Under the pieces are notes generated by a model. It made no database searches and was not told the DNA's origin. It saw only the letters and a program-made list of their open reading frames with translations. A DNA stretch of 64,000 nucleotides from an uncultured bacterium (GTDB lineage Bacteria; Patescibacteriota; Minisyncoccia; Phycocordibacterales; GWA1-40-21), in the NCBI GenBank assembly GCA_963804975.1, contig CAWDSG010000002.1, positions 277,015 to 341,014 on the forward strand. Direction: 5' to 3'. Made by a program: the position numbers and the translations under genes. Shown one piece after another: positions 46,201 through 55,933 of the stretch. Numbering within the stretch: the stretch's first letter is position 1; each line of letters begins with the position of its first letter.

Positions 46201-46426
46201 CTGGGCCCTTCTCGGATACGGCGCCGCATACACGCTTCGCGAAATGCTTACGATAAAATCCGACGATATCGTCGGGAGATCAGCCGCTTTTGATTCGATT
46301 GTCAAAGGAGAAAGAATCAAACAGCCGAATCTGCCGGCTTCGTTTAATGTGCTTTTAAACAGCTTGAGAGGTCTTGGACTTGATGTCGAACTCAAGAATG
46401 AAAAATTGGATGAAAACGAGAAATAA
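43205..46426 (+). CDS. rpoB: DNA-directed RNA polymerase beta subunit
   Basis: Conserved RpoB blocks including [38 protein letters not shown]. Start taken as ATG 43205, placed as in the rpmJ and rpsD element copies; the ORF track extends to 43163. Confidence 0.9.
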   Translation: [1073 protein letters not shown]

Positions 46427-46441
46427 ACAATAAAAAACACC

Positions 46442-49400
46442 ATGAGAACAAAAGAATCCAAAGAACCGTTTAATGTAGTGTCTCTCGGCCTTGCTTCTCC
46501 GGAAGTGATCGCAAAATGGTCATTCGGCGAAGTTACGAAACCGGAGACCATCAATTACCGGACTCAGCGCAGCGAACGCGGAGGGCTTTTTGACGAAAAA
46601 ATATTCGGTCCGGACAAGGATTACGAATGCTATTGCGGAAAATATCGCGGAATAAGGTACAAAGGAATCATCTGCGAGAAATGCGGAGTGGAAATTACCC
46701 GATCAATCGTAAGACGTGAAAGAATGGGGCACATAGAACTCTCAAGTCCGGTTTCCCATATCTGGTTTTTAAGAGGCATGCCTTCGCGGCTCGGACTCAT
46801 TATGGGAATGTCGGTTGCCGATTTGGAAAAAGTCATCTATTTTGCTGGATATATCATAATAAAGGTCTACCAGACGGAAAAAGACAGAATATTGAAAGAA
46901 ATAGAAAATGAATTCAAAAATAAAGTGAAGGCGGTTACCGACGACAAGACCAAGGAAGCTCTCAAAGAAATGGCGACGAACGCCAAAAAAGAAGTGGAAA
47001 GCATTGCCGAGGGGAAAGTGCTCGACGAAGTGATGTTCCATAAATTTTCCATAAAATACGGCGCAGCTTTTGAAGCGGGGATCGGCGGAGAAGTCATTTA
47101 CGAGATTTTGAAAAAAATAAATCTTCACGATCTGGAGAAAAAAATTCTCGCGGGCCTTGAAAAAGCGAATGCAATTGACAGCGAAAAACTGAACAAAAGA
47201 TTATCCCTTGTCAGATCGCTCATTACATCGGGCGCAAGGCCTGAATGGATGTTCTTGACGAAGATTCCGGTAATACCTCCCGCGCTCCGCCCGATGGTTC
47301 CGCTTGATGGAGGAAGATTCGCAACAAGCGACGTGAACGATTTGTACAGAAGAGTCATCAACAGGAATAACCGCCTTTTAAAACTGAAAGAAATAAACGC
47401 TCCGGATGTCATTTTGAGGAACGAAAAAAGAATTCTGCAGGAAGCGGTTGACGCACTCATTGACAATTCCATCAGGCACGGCAATTCGCTTTTTTCCGCT
47501 CTCGGCAACACTTCGCAAAAAAGGCCGCTCAAATCCCTGGCGGACAATCTGCAGGGAAAACGGGGGCTTTTCAGATCCAATCTTTTGGGAAAGCGCGTGG
47601 ATTATTCAGGGCGTTCCGTCATAGTCGTCGGTCCGGAACTTCATCTAGACCAATGCGGTTTGCCGAAGCACATGGCGCTGGAACTTTTCAGGCCATTCGT
47701 CATTTCGGAACTTTTGAAAAAAGAATTTGCATACAATATCCGCGGTGCTGGCCGGCTGATTGACGACGGAGTGCCGGAGGTCTGGGCGATTCTCGAAGAA
47801 ATAATCAAAGACAAATATGTGCTTTTGAACCGCGCTCCTACGCTCCACCGCCTCGGCATTCAGGCATTCAGGCCGATTCTCATTGAAGGCAACGCTATTC
47901 AGGTTCATCCTCTCGTCTGCACCGCTTTCAACGCGGATTTTGACGGAGACCAAATGGCCGTGCATGTTCCGCTCGGCGCCGATGCCCAGCTTGAAGCAAA
48001 AGAAATAATGGCTTCGGATAAAAATATTCTCAAGCCTGGGGACGGCGAACCGATTTCCGTTCCGTCAAAACTTGACGTGCTTCTCGGGTGCTATTGGATG
48101 ACAAAAATAATGGAAGGAGAAATGGGCGAGGGAAAATATTTTTCATCGACCAATGCCGCCATTACGGCCCATGATTTTGGATTCGTCGGATATAGGGCAA
48201 AGATAAAAGTATTGCCTTCGGATAAGCGCAAATACGCTCAATTTAAAGGAGAACTTTTTGAAACAACAGTCGGAAGATTGCTGTTCAACAGCATATTGCC
48301 GGATAATTACCCATACGTAAACAAGGAAATAGTCCAAAAAGAAATGAAAAAAATTATTGACGATCTTATCCTTGAACACGGCCCTGATAAAATAGGTCCG
48401 ATAATGGATAAAATCAAAAATTTCGGCTTTAAATACGCCACTTACTCGGGAATTACCTGGGGAATAGACGATATAAAAGTTCCGGCTGAAAAGGAACTGA
48501 TCGTAAAAAATTCAAAAGAAAAATCGGCAAAAATTACGGCGGAATACAACGAAGGTCTGATTTCCGAGGAGGAAAAATTGAGATTGAATATTGAAATCTG
48601 GCAGAATGCGAAAGCGGAGCTTGAAAAAATCATACCAAAAACTTTTGATCAGAAAGGCTCCGTATACGATATGTGGAAATCCGGCGCAAGAGGGTCTCTC
48701 GGTTCTATCGTTCAGATGGCCGGCATGAAAGGCCTCATCCAAAACGTTTTGGGCGAAACGATAGAATTTCCGGTCATTAATTCCATGAAAGAAGGTTTGA
48801 CGCCCATTGAATATTTCATCACTACGAACGGTTCAAGAAAAGGCCTGACGGATACCGCGCTCAACACCGCAAAAGCCGGATATCTCACAAGAAGATTGTT
48901 TGATGTCGCTCAGGATATCGTTATTACCGAAACCGATTGCGGCACAAAAGACAGCATAGTTATCAGCAGAGCTTCAAGCATGGAAACCGGTTCTCCGATA
49001 GCCAAAAAAATCAGAGGAAGAATTTTGGCGGAAGATATTGCGGGCAAAGACGGAAAAATTATGTTCAAGAAAGGCCAGCTTCTTACCAAAGAAGATGCCC
49101 AGAAAATCGACGAGGCGGAAATCGGGAGCATCATTGTCCGTTCTCCTCTTTCCTGCAAAACTCTTCATGGCATCTGTTCGAAATGTTACGGCATGGATCT
49201 CGGGAAAGGAACACCGATTGATCTCGGAGAAGCTGTCGGCACTATTGCCGCGCAAGCCATTGGCGAGCCGGGAACGCAGCTTACCATGAGAACGATTCAC
49301 GCCGGAGGAACTGCATCGGTTGGCGGAGATATTACCCAAGGTCTGCCGAGAGTTGATGAAATTTTTGAAAAAAGAAGGCCAAAAAACCCGGCTGTGGTTT

Positions 49401-50125
49401 CAACCGTAAACGGCGTTGTCGCTTCCGTCAAAGATTTTGGAAAAGAAAAAATCATCGCGGTCATTCCGGAAATAGAAGACAAAGGCAAATCGAAAAAATC
49501 GGGCGAAATTGAATACATATTCAATCCAAAAAGAGTTTCTTTCGTAAAATCAGGAGACAAGATTGTAAAAGGGCAGACATTGACGGACGGCTCCGCGGAT
49601 ATTGACGAAATATTCAAATATGCCGGAAAAGACAGGGCGATGGAATATATCATCAGCGAGGTCAGCAAGCCCTATGAGCTCCAAGGAGCGGCAGTGGATA
49701 GAAAGCATATAGAAATAATCGTCAAACAGATGTTCTCGAAAAAAATCGTGGTTGAACCGGGCAATTCTAATTATTGCGAAGGGGACATTATCGACGAGCT
49801 TGATCTTGTCGTTGAAAATAAGAAATTGAAAGAAAACAAAAAAGAGCCGCTTATCGGTGAACCTATGGTTATGGGAATCACCGAATCATCGCTATCGCGA
49901 AGAAGTTTCCTTTCTGCCGCATCGTTCCAGCATACGAAAAGAATTCTCATCAATGCCGCCGTCAGAGGCACAAAAGACACACTTGCCGGCCTCAAGGAAA
50001 ATGTCATTATCGGCAGGATCATACCTGCAGGCACTGGTTTCGCCGGAAGCAAAAAATACGAAATGATCCAGGAACTTCACAAAAACGAAGAAGAAACTTA
50101 CGGCTCCAAAGAGTGGAGAGATTAA
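46442..50125 (+). CDS. rpoC: DNA-directed RNA polymerase beta' subunit
   Basis: Zinc finger CYCGKYRGIRYKGIICEKCGVEI; NADFDGDQMAVHVPL catalytic motif; 1227 aa. Confidence 0.9.
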   Translation: MRTKESKEPFNVVSLGLASPEVIAKWSFGEVTKPETINYRTQRSERGGLFDEKIFGPDKDYECYCGKYRGIRYKGIICEKCGVEITRSIVRRERMGHIELSSPVSHIWFLRGMPSRLGLIMGMSVADLEKVIYFAGYIIIKVYQTEKDRILKEIENEFKNKVKAVTDDKTKEALKEMATNAKKEVESIAEGKVLDEVMFHKFSIKYGAAFEAGIGGEVIYEILKKINLHDLEKKILAGLEKANAIDSEKLNKRLSLVRSLITSGARPEWMFLTKIPVIPPALRPMVPLDGGRFATSDVNDLYRRVINRNNRLLKLKEINAPDVILRNEKRILQEAVDALIDNSIRHGNSLFSALGNTSQKRPLKSLADNLQGKRGLFRSNLLGKRVDYSGRSVIVVGPELHLDQCGLPKHMALELFRPFVISELLKKEFAYNIRGAGRLIDDGVPEVWAILEEIIKDKYVLLNRAPTLHRLGIQAFRPILIEGNAIQVHPLVCTAFNADFDGDQMAVHVPLGADAQLEAKEIMASDKNILKPGDGEPISVPSKLDVLLGCYWMTKIMEGEMGEGKYFSSTNAAITAHDFGFVGYRAKIKVLPSDKRKYAQFKGELFETTVGRLLFNSILPDNYPYVNKEIVQKEMKKIIDDLILEHGPDKIGPIMDKIKNFGFKYATYSGITWGIDDIKVPAEKELIVKNSKEKSAKITAEYNEGLISEEEKLRLNIEIWQNAKAELEKIIPKTFDQKGSVYDMWKSGARGSLGSIVQMAGMKGLIQNVLGETIEFPVINSMKEGLTPIEYFITTNGSRKGLTDTALNTAKAGYLTRRLFDVAQDIVITETDCGTKDSIVISRASSMETGSPIAKKIRGRILAEDIAGKDGKIMFKKGQLLTKEDAQKIDEAEIGSIIVRSPLSCKTLHGICSKCYGMDLGKGTPIDLGEAVGTIAAQAIGEPGTQLTMRTIHAGGTASVGGDITQGLPRVDEIFEKRRPKNPAVVSTVNGVVASVKDFGKEKIIAVIPEIEDKGKSKKSGEIEYIFNPKRVSFVKSGDKIVKGQTLTDGSADIDEIFKYAGKDRAMEYIISEVSKPYELQGAAVDRKHIEIIVKQMFSKKIVVEPGNSNYCEGDIIDELDLVVENKKLKENKKEPLIGEPMVMGITESSLSRRSFLSAASFQHTKRILINAAVRGTKDTLAGLKENVIIGRIIPAGTGFAGSKKYEMIQELHKNEEETYGSKEWRD

Positions 50126-50149
50126 AAAAGTAAAAAAGAAAAAGTAAAA

Positions 50150-51907
50150 ATGCCATCCTCATCCGTAGAACAAATAAAAGAAAGATTAAGCATTGAGGAA
50201 GTTGTCGGCTCATACATCAAGCTTGAACGGGCGGGCAACAGTCTCAAAGCAAAATGTCCTTTTCATAATGAAAAAACGCCGTCTTTTTTTGTATCGCCGG
50301 AGAGAGGAAGCTATTATTGTTTCGGCTGCGGAGCCAAAGGCGATATATTCACTTTCGTTGAAAATTTTGAAGGAATCGATTTTGTCGGCGCTCTCAAAAT
50401 GCTTGCGGAAAGAGCCGGCGTAAAGCTTGAGCGTTTCAGCGAAAAAAATACTGACAAAAAGCAAAGATTATACGCTCTGCTTGAAGCCGCAACATTTTTT
50501 TTGGAAAGGAATCTGACAGGCGAAGACCTGCCTACCGGCCAGGCAGGGATCCCGCTTCAATATCTGAAAAAAAGGGGGCTTTCCGATAAGATCATCAAAG
50601 AATGGAGGATAGGGTACGTTCGGGACGAATGGCGTTCAATTTCCGATTATTTGAGCAAGAAAGGATTTACCGAAAGTGAAATGGAGCGCGCCGGCATCAC
50701 CAAAACCGAAGGGAAAAATACCTATGACAGATTCCGCGGCAGGATTATGTTTCCGATTTTTGACGCCGCCGGAAGGGTTATCGCATTTTCGGGAAGAATT
50801 TTAAATGACGACGGAAAGTCCGCGAAATATTTAAACAGCCCGCAGACGGAAATCTTTGATAAATCAAAAGTTCTCTACGGCTATCATGCGGCAAAGCAGG
50901 CCATAAGAAAATTTGATTTTTCCATTCTTGTGGAGGGGCAGATGGATCTGCTCTTGGCCCATCAGGCGGGATTTGAAAATACCGTCGCTTGCTCAGGCAC
51001 TGCGCTTACGGCGGAACATCTGCATCTGCTCAAAAGGATATCAAATAAAATTATCATGACTTTTGACGGTGATGAAGCCGGGGCAAAAGCAGCCGAGCGG
51101 GGATGGGCCCTTGCGCTATCTCTCGGAATGGATGTAAAAATTGCCGAATTGGAGAAAGGAATCGATCCGGCAGACCTGATACTGAAAAACAAAGAGGAAT
51201 TCAAAAATGTCTTAAAAAATTCGGTGCATTTGGTGGATTTTCTGTTGAACAGAATTATGGCAAAGCATGCGGATCAAAGGAAACTTGGTTTGGAATTGAA
51301 AAACAAGGTTCTGCCGTATGTTAAATTGCTTGAAAGCAATATCGAAAGATCTTTTTACGTCTCAAAAATCAGCGAAAAAACGGGAATAAAAGAAGAGGCA
51401 ATATGGGAGGATTTAAAAAATATAAAACTGGACGAGGAATTCCAGCCGAAAGAAAGCGGGGAAAATAAAGCGATAGAAAGGCAGATCGATTCGGAAATTC
51501 TCAAAAAAGGTTCTGTTGAAAGGAGTTTGGCGTCGATCCTGTCAAAGGAAGAAGGGCGGAAAAATGCGAATGCGGATATTTTGAAAAAAGAAATAGAAAA
51601 TATAATCGGCGAGGAAAGATACGGAAAATTTGAAAAGGAAAGGAAGTCCATATCGGGCGAACTGGCGTTTGAAGCGGAAGGATATTACGGCAATTTCCCG
51701 GAATTAAAAATGGGGAAAGAAATTGATTATCTGATATTGAATCTGCGGGAGGAAAATTATAAGAGGGAACTGAATGGCTTGCTGACGGATTTGAAAAAAT
51801 CCGAAAAAAACAGGGAGATCGAAAAAATAAAGGCAATATCAGTGAGATTGAAGGAAATAATGGAAAAATTGAGCAAAATCAAACAGGATAAGAACAAAAT
51901 TTTATAA
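50150..51907 (+). CDS. dnaG: DNA primase
   Basis: Zinc ribbon CPFHNEKTPSFFVSPERGSYYCFGCGAKGDIFTF; Toprim region EGQMDLLLAHQAGFENTVACSGTALT...MTFDGDEAG. Confidence 0.85.
   Translation: MPSSSVEQIKERLSIEEVVGSYIKLERAGNSLKAKCPFHNEKTPSFFVSPERGSYYCFGCGAKGDIFTFVENFEGIDFVGALKMLAERAGVKLERFSEKNTDKKQRLYALLEAATFFLERNLTGEDLPTGQAGIPLQYLKKRGLSDKIIKEWRIGYVRDEWRSISDYLSKKGFTESEMERAGITKTEGKNTYDRFRGRIMFPIFDAAGRVIAFSGRILNDDGKSAKYLNSPQTEIFDKSKVLYGYHAAKQAIRKFDFSILVEGQMDLLLAHQAGFENTVACSGTALTAEHLHLLKRISNKIIMTFDGDEAGAKAAERGWALALSLGMDVKIAELEKGIDPADLILKNKEEFKNVLKNSVHLVDFLLNRIMAKHADQRKLGLELKNKVLPYVKLLESNIERSFYVSKISEKTGIKEEAIWEDLKNIKLDEEFQPKESGENKAIERQIDSEILKKGSVERSLASILSKEEGRKNANADILKKEIENIIGEERYGKFEKERKSISGELAFEAEGYYGNFPELKMGKEIDYLILNLREENYKRELNGLLTDLKKSEKNREIEKIKAISVRLKEIMEKLSKIKQDKNKIL
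50527..50547 (+). repeat. 21-nt hairpin element CCTGCCTACCGGCCAGGCAGG, in frame in dnaG (LPTGQAG)
   Basis: Exact match to the mnmA and pyrG copies; same codon phase (CTG CCT ACC GGC CAG GCA GG). Confidence 0.85.
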
Positions 51908-51925
51908 ATTTTAATAAAATCAATT

Positions 51926-53074
51926 ATGCCCAAGAAAAACAAAACAAAAAAATTTTCCAAAGCAGCTGCAAAAAAACCAAAAGTTGAAAAAATTTCAGCA
52001 AAAAGGAAGGAATGGGAATTGAAGGCCGAAAAGATAATCGCCAAAGGAAGAGAGAGGGGTTTTGTGACATACGACGAAATCCTGAAAGAATTCCCCAGAA
52101 TTGAAGAGGATGTCATTTTTCTTGACGAACTTTACAACAAATTCATATCCGCGGGGCTTGATGTTTTGGAAGGAGGAGGATTGCTTGAAGTTAATGACGA
52201 ACAGGTAAAAAAATACACATATGGCTCACGTTCACCGGATGCAAGCTATGATTCAATCCAGATATATCTGAAGGAAATCGGCCAATATCCTCTGATCAGC
52301 GCCTCAATGGAAAAAGATCTGGCAAGAAAAATATTGGCCGGAGACACGGAAGCGAAAAATCTTTTGGCAAAAGCGAATTTGCGCCTTGTCGTTTCCATCG
52401 CCAAAAAATATGTGGGAAGGAGCGCCGACCTTACGCTTTTGGATCTTATACAGGAAGGAAACCTCGGACTTTTCAAAGCAGTGGACAAGTTTGACTGGAC
52501 AAAGGGCTTCAAGTTTTCCACTTATGCGACATGGTGGATCAGGCAGGCCATCACAAGAGCTTTGGCGGACCAATCAAGGACAATCCGAGTGCCGGTCCAT
52601 ATGGTTGAGACGATTGCGAAATACAAGCAGGTTTACAGGAGATTATCGCAGGATCTGGGCAGGGAACCGCTGCCCGATGAAATCGCAACCGAGATGGGTC
52701 TTGATGTGGAAAAAGTTTTTATGATTGAAAAAATAGACCAGGATACGCTTTCTCTTGAAAACCCCGTCGGCGATGACGATGAAGGCAAGTCCACGCTTGG
52801 CGATTTTGTGGCTGACGACAAAATACTTTCTCCGGACCAGGAGTCATCAAGAAGGATTCTTTCAGACCAAGTGAAGGAAATTTTGAATGATTTGTCTCTG
52901 AAGGAAAGGAAAATTTTGGAAATGAGGCACGGCCTTACGGACGGCATAACCCACACTCTTGAGGAGGTCGGCCTGGAATTCGGCGTTACCCGCGAAAGAA
53001 TCAGGCAAATTGAGGCAAAAGCCCACGAAAAAATCCGCCAGCACGAGAAGATAAACAAGCTTCAAAGCTATTAA
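51926..53074 (+). CDS. rpoD: RNA polymerase sigma factor, sigma-70 family (primary-type)
   Basis: Region 2 ...[40 protein letters not shown]; region 4 [23 protein letters not shown]. Confidence 0.9.
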   Translation: MPKKNKTKKFSKAAAKKPKVEKISAKRKEWELKAEKIIAKGRERGFVTYDEILKEFPRIEEDVIFLDELYNKFISAGLDVLEGGGLLEVNDEQVKKYTYGSRSPDASYDSIQIYLKEIGQYPLISASMEKDLARKILAGDTEAKNLLAKANLRLVVSIAKKYVGRSADLTLLDLIQEGNLGLFKAVDKFDWTKGFKFSTYATWWIRQAITRALADQSRTIRVPVHMVETIAKYKQVYRRLSQDLGREPLPDEIATEMGLDVEKVFMIEKIDQDTLSLENPVGDDDEGKSTLGDFVADDKILSPDQESSRRILSDQVKEILNDLSLKERKILEMRHGLTDGITHTLEEVGLEFGVTRERIRQIEAKAHEKIRQHEKINKLQSY

Positions 53075-53098
53075 ATTTGCTTGCTATTTTATCCACTA

Positions 53099-53137
53099 TT
53101 GACTTATTGTAGGGGCAGGAAGCATATTGTATAATTA
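53099..53137 (+). promoter_or_regulatory. candidate promoter with consensus -10 upstream of the TIG/Big_2 surface-protein gene
   Basis: TTGACT ... tTGTATAAT (perfect TATAAT preceded by TG at 53131-53136). Spacing to TTGACT is too long, so probably an extended -10-type promoter. Confidence 0.35.
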
Positions 53138-53172
53138 CGGTTGATATTTATAGTCATCTATAAATTTATTAA

Positions 53173-55845
53173 TTGTTAATTTTTAATAAAAAAATGAAAC
53201 ACTCTTTATTTGGAATACGAACCCTCGCGATTGCCGCAGTAGCTTTTGTGAGCGGTCTTTTAATGTTCGCCGGAACCGCATCGGCCGCTTTTCTTGCGCA
53301 TACGGATAGCACTACAGCAAATAGCACTTCTACTTTAGGTTTGATAGGAACGTCAGCCACCTCTTCCGATGCAACAATTGCAACAACTTCAATCACCGGC
53401 GGCGGTACTACCATATCAATTACCTCCGTAGCTTCAGGAACAGCCACAATCATAGTTACGGATGATAGTGACTATACAGCAACTATAGGTGTAGCAGTAG
53501 CTTCCTCCGGAGCAATCACAATCGGAACTATTGCACCAAACGCAGTAACAATTAACGTAACGGGAATTTCTTTGGATAAAATAAGCCAAGCTCTTGCGGT
53601 CGGTAACGGGTATCAGCTTACAGCCACCGTTACCCCTGAAGATGCTTGGGACCCAACTGTAAATTGGTCTTCAAGCGATGAAGATGTTGCAACAGTTGAT
53701 TCCGATGGTCTTATAGATGCAATTGACGTCGGAAACGCAACAATCACAGCGGAAACAGTGGATGGCAGTTTTACCGCTACCGATTATTTAACAATAGATC
53801 CTGAACCGACAATTTCTTCCATTTCTCCGTCTTCTGGCCCTACCGCCGGCGGCACAGAAATAACTATTACAGGAACTGGATTTGAAAATGATGCAGAGGT
53901 ATCGACTTTATATGGTTTGCTGGAGATTATCGCTTCAAGCAGTACAGAAATTATTACAACGACTCCTGCAACAAGTTCGGAAAATATAATGCCTATTTTC
54001 GTTATCAATCCCTATGATGGCGGCATTGCATTTAACTTATTCACTTACGATGACACGAATCCTTCCTTTGGCGCTCACATAGGAACTTCAACAATAATAA
54101 CAGGAGCCACAACAACAATCGGTGTTACTGTAAATGATAATGTATCCGTAGCTTCCGCAGAAATCAGTTTTGATGATGGCGATACATGGCTTCCTATGAC
54201 TGAAACTGCAGCCAGCGCTTTAAGAAATTTAGCTATTCAAAGACGATACACTTATAACGAATATGTTCCGGAAGGATCGCCGGATATTGATTATGAAGTT
54301 CAAGCATTTGATACGGCGGGCAATTCCGCGACATTGAATGATACGCTGATAATATTACCGTCAATTAGCGATATTTCTCCACCTTCCGGCGCAACCATAG
54401 GCGGAACTTCCATAACCATTACAGGAACTGGATTTGTAGACGGTGCGGATGTAACCATCGGCGGCGTCGAAGCAACCGATATCGTGGTGGCTAGCAGCAC
54501 TGAAATTACAGCAACAACTCCTGTGGGCACAGTCGGTCCGGCAGATGTTATCATTACCAATTCTGATGACGGATCAGTTGATGCTTTATCTGCATTCACC
54601 TATACCGATTCGGAAGTGGAAGCAGCTAAAATTACAGCGGAGACCCTCGGGACGATTCACATCGGAGATTCGGTATTGGACAAAGCTCAGGTATTGGTGG
54701 ACGATGAATACGCCGTTTCTATAACCGGTGGTACAGCCGATGACACATATATTGATGATTCAGGCACGGCAATAGCGGCGTCCGGTGGAGAAACAGGGAC
54801 AATCGGTTTTACCGTCACTACTATTACGCCATCAGAGGATACGGCTGATACTGGAGTATTGGATATTTCGGTAATATCCACACCGGTGATTGATACTATT
54901 TCGCCATCTTTTGGCCCAGCTTCAGGAGGAACAGCCATAACTATCATAGGAACTGGCTTTTTGGGCGGTGAAGGCGACGATGTAACTATCGGCGGCACAG
55001 AAGCAACAAATATTGATTTTGTAAGCGATACTGAAATTACAGCCACAACTCCTGCAGGTGCAGGCGGTCCAGCAAATGTTGTTGTTGCTAATTATGATGG
55101 TGGCCGAACTACTTCAGTCGGAGGATTTTCTTATCTTTCCGGTGGGCACCATGCTGCTGTTACAAGTGTTTCTCTCAATGAAACCAGCCGAACTCTTACT
55201 GTCGGCAATACGGATCAGCTTACAGCAACTGTTGTTCCGTCCAATGCTACCAATCAAACTGTAAATTGGTCATCAAGTAATTCCAGCGTTGCAACCGTTT
55301 CTGCTACTGGTTTAATAACTGTCGTTGGAGCCGGTTCGGCGACAATTACTGCAACTACTGCGGATGGCGGTTATACAGCAACCGATGTTTTGACGGTTAA
55401 CTCGGCATCGACAGTTGTGTCGGGCGGCGGAGGAGGCGGAGGAGGATCACCTGTTGTTACAACAACCCCAACGAATACTTCGGCGCTTACGCAAGCGCAG
55501 ATAAGCGCGATTGTCGCATTACTTCAGTCGTTCGGAGCCGATGCGGAAACAGTTGCCAACATCCAGGCGATTCTTTCCGGACAAGCAACACCTGTTTCTT
55601 CGGCAACAGTATCGGCATACATTTTTACCTCGGATCTGACTATAGGAAGCAAAGGCACGGCTGTTGTCGCATTGCAGCAGATTCTTGTTAAGGAAGGATA
55701 TCTTGTAATGCCGGCAGGCGTAGCGGAAGGTTACTTCGGAACGCTTACGCAAGCGGCTCTCGCCAAATTCCAAGTTGCAAACGGTATTTCACCGGCAGCG
55801 GGATATTTCGGCCCTAAGACAAGGGCATTTCTGAACGGCAAATAA
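53173..55845 (+). CDS. secreted surface protein with Big_2 and IPT/TIG Ig-like domains and a C-terminal peptidoglycan-binding (PG_binding_1-like) domain
   Basis: Signal peptide (alternative start 53194, MKHSLFGIRTLAIAAVAFVSGLLMFAGTASA). Big_2-like LAVGNGYQLTATVTPEDAWDPTVNWSSSDEDVATVDSDGLIDAIDVGNATITA. Repeated TIG-like SPSxGPxxGGTxITIxGTGF units. C-terminal TIGSKGTAVVALQQILVKEGYL...EGYFGTLTQAALAKFQVANGISPAAGYFGPKTRAFL. Confidence 0.7.
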   Translation: MLIFNKKMKHSLFGIRTLAIAAVAFVSGLLMFAGTASAAFLAHTDSTTANSTSTLGLIGTSATSSDATIATTSITGGGTTISITSVASGTATIIVTDDSDYTATIGVAVASSGAITIGTIAPNAVTINVTGISLDKISQALAVGNGYQLTATVTPEDAWDPTVNWSSSDEDVATVDSDGLIDAIDVGNATITAETVDGSFTATDYLTIDPEPTISSISPSSGPTAGGTEITITGTGFENDAEVSTLYGLLEIIASSSTEIITTTPATSSENIMPIFVINPYDGGIAFNLFTYDDTNPSFGAHIGTSTIITGATTTIGVTVNDNVSVASAEISFDDGDTWLPMTETAASALRNLAIQRRYTYNEYVPEGSPDIDYEVQAFDTAGNSATLNDTLIILPSISDISPPSGATIGGTSITITGTGFVDGADVTIGGVEATDIVVASSTEITATTPVGTVGPADVIITNSDDGSVDALSAFTYTDSEVEAAKITAETLGTIHIGDSVLDKAQVLVDDEYAVSITGGTADDTYIDDSGTAIAASGGETGTIGFTVTTITPSEDTADTGVLDISVISTPVIDTISPSFGPASGGTAITIIGTGFLGGEGDDVTIGGTEATNIDFVSDTEITATTPAGAGGPANVVVANYDGGRTTSVGGFSYLSGGHHAAVTSVSLNETSRTLTVGNTDQLTATVVPSNATNQTVNWSSSNSSVATVSATGLITVVGAGSATITATTADGGYTATDVLTVNSASTVVSGGGGGGGGSPVVTTTPTNTSALTQAQISAIVALLQSFGADAETVANIQAILSGQATPVSSATVSAYIFTSDLTIGSKGTAVVALQQILVKEGYLVMPAGVAEGYFGTLTQAALAKFQVANGISPAAGYFGPKTRAFLNGK

Positions 55846-55859
55846 AACAGAACAAAACA

Positions 55860-55892
55860 AAACCCCGAGGTTCCACCTCGGGGTTTTTGTCA
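55860..55892 (+). terminator. rho-independent terminator (CCCCGAGG hairpin family)
   Basis: aaAACCCCGAGGttccaCCTCGGGGTTTTTGTCAACA. Confidence 0.7.
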
Positions 55893-55933
55893 ACATTTGC
55901 GTTTGAATTTTTACCCTGTACAATGAATCGCGG

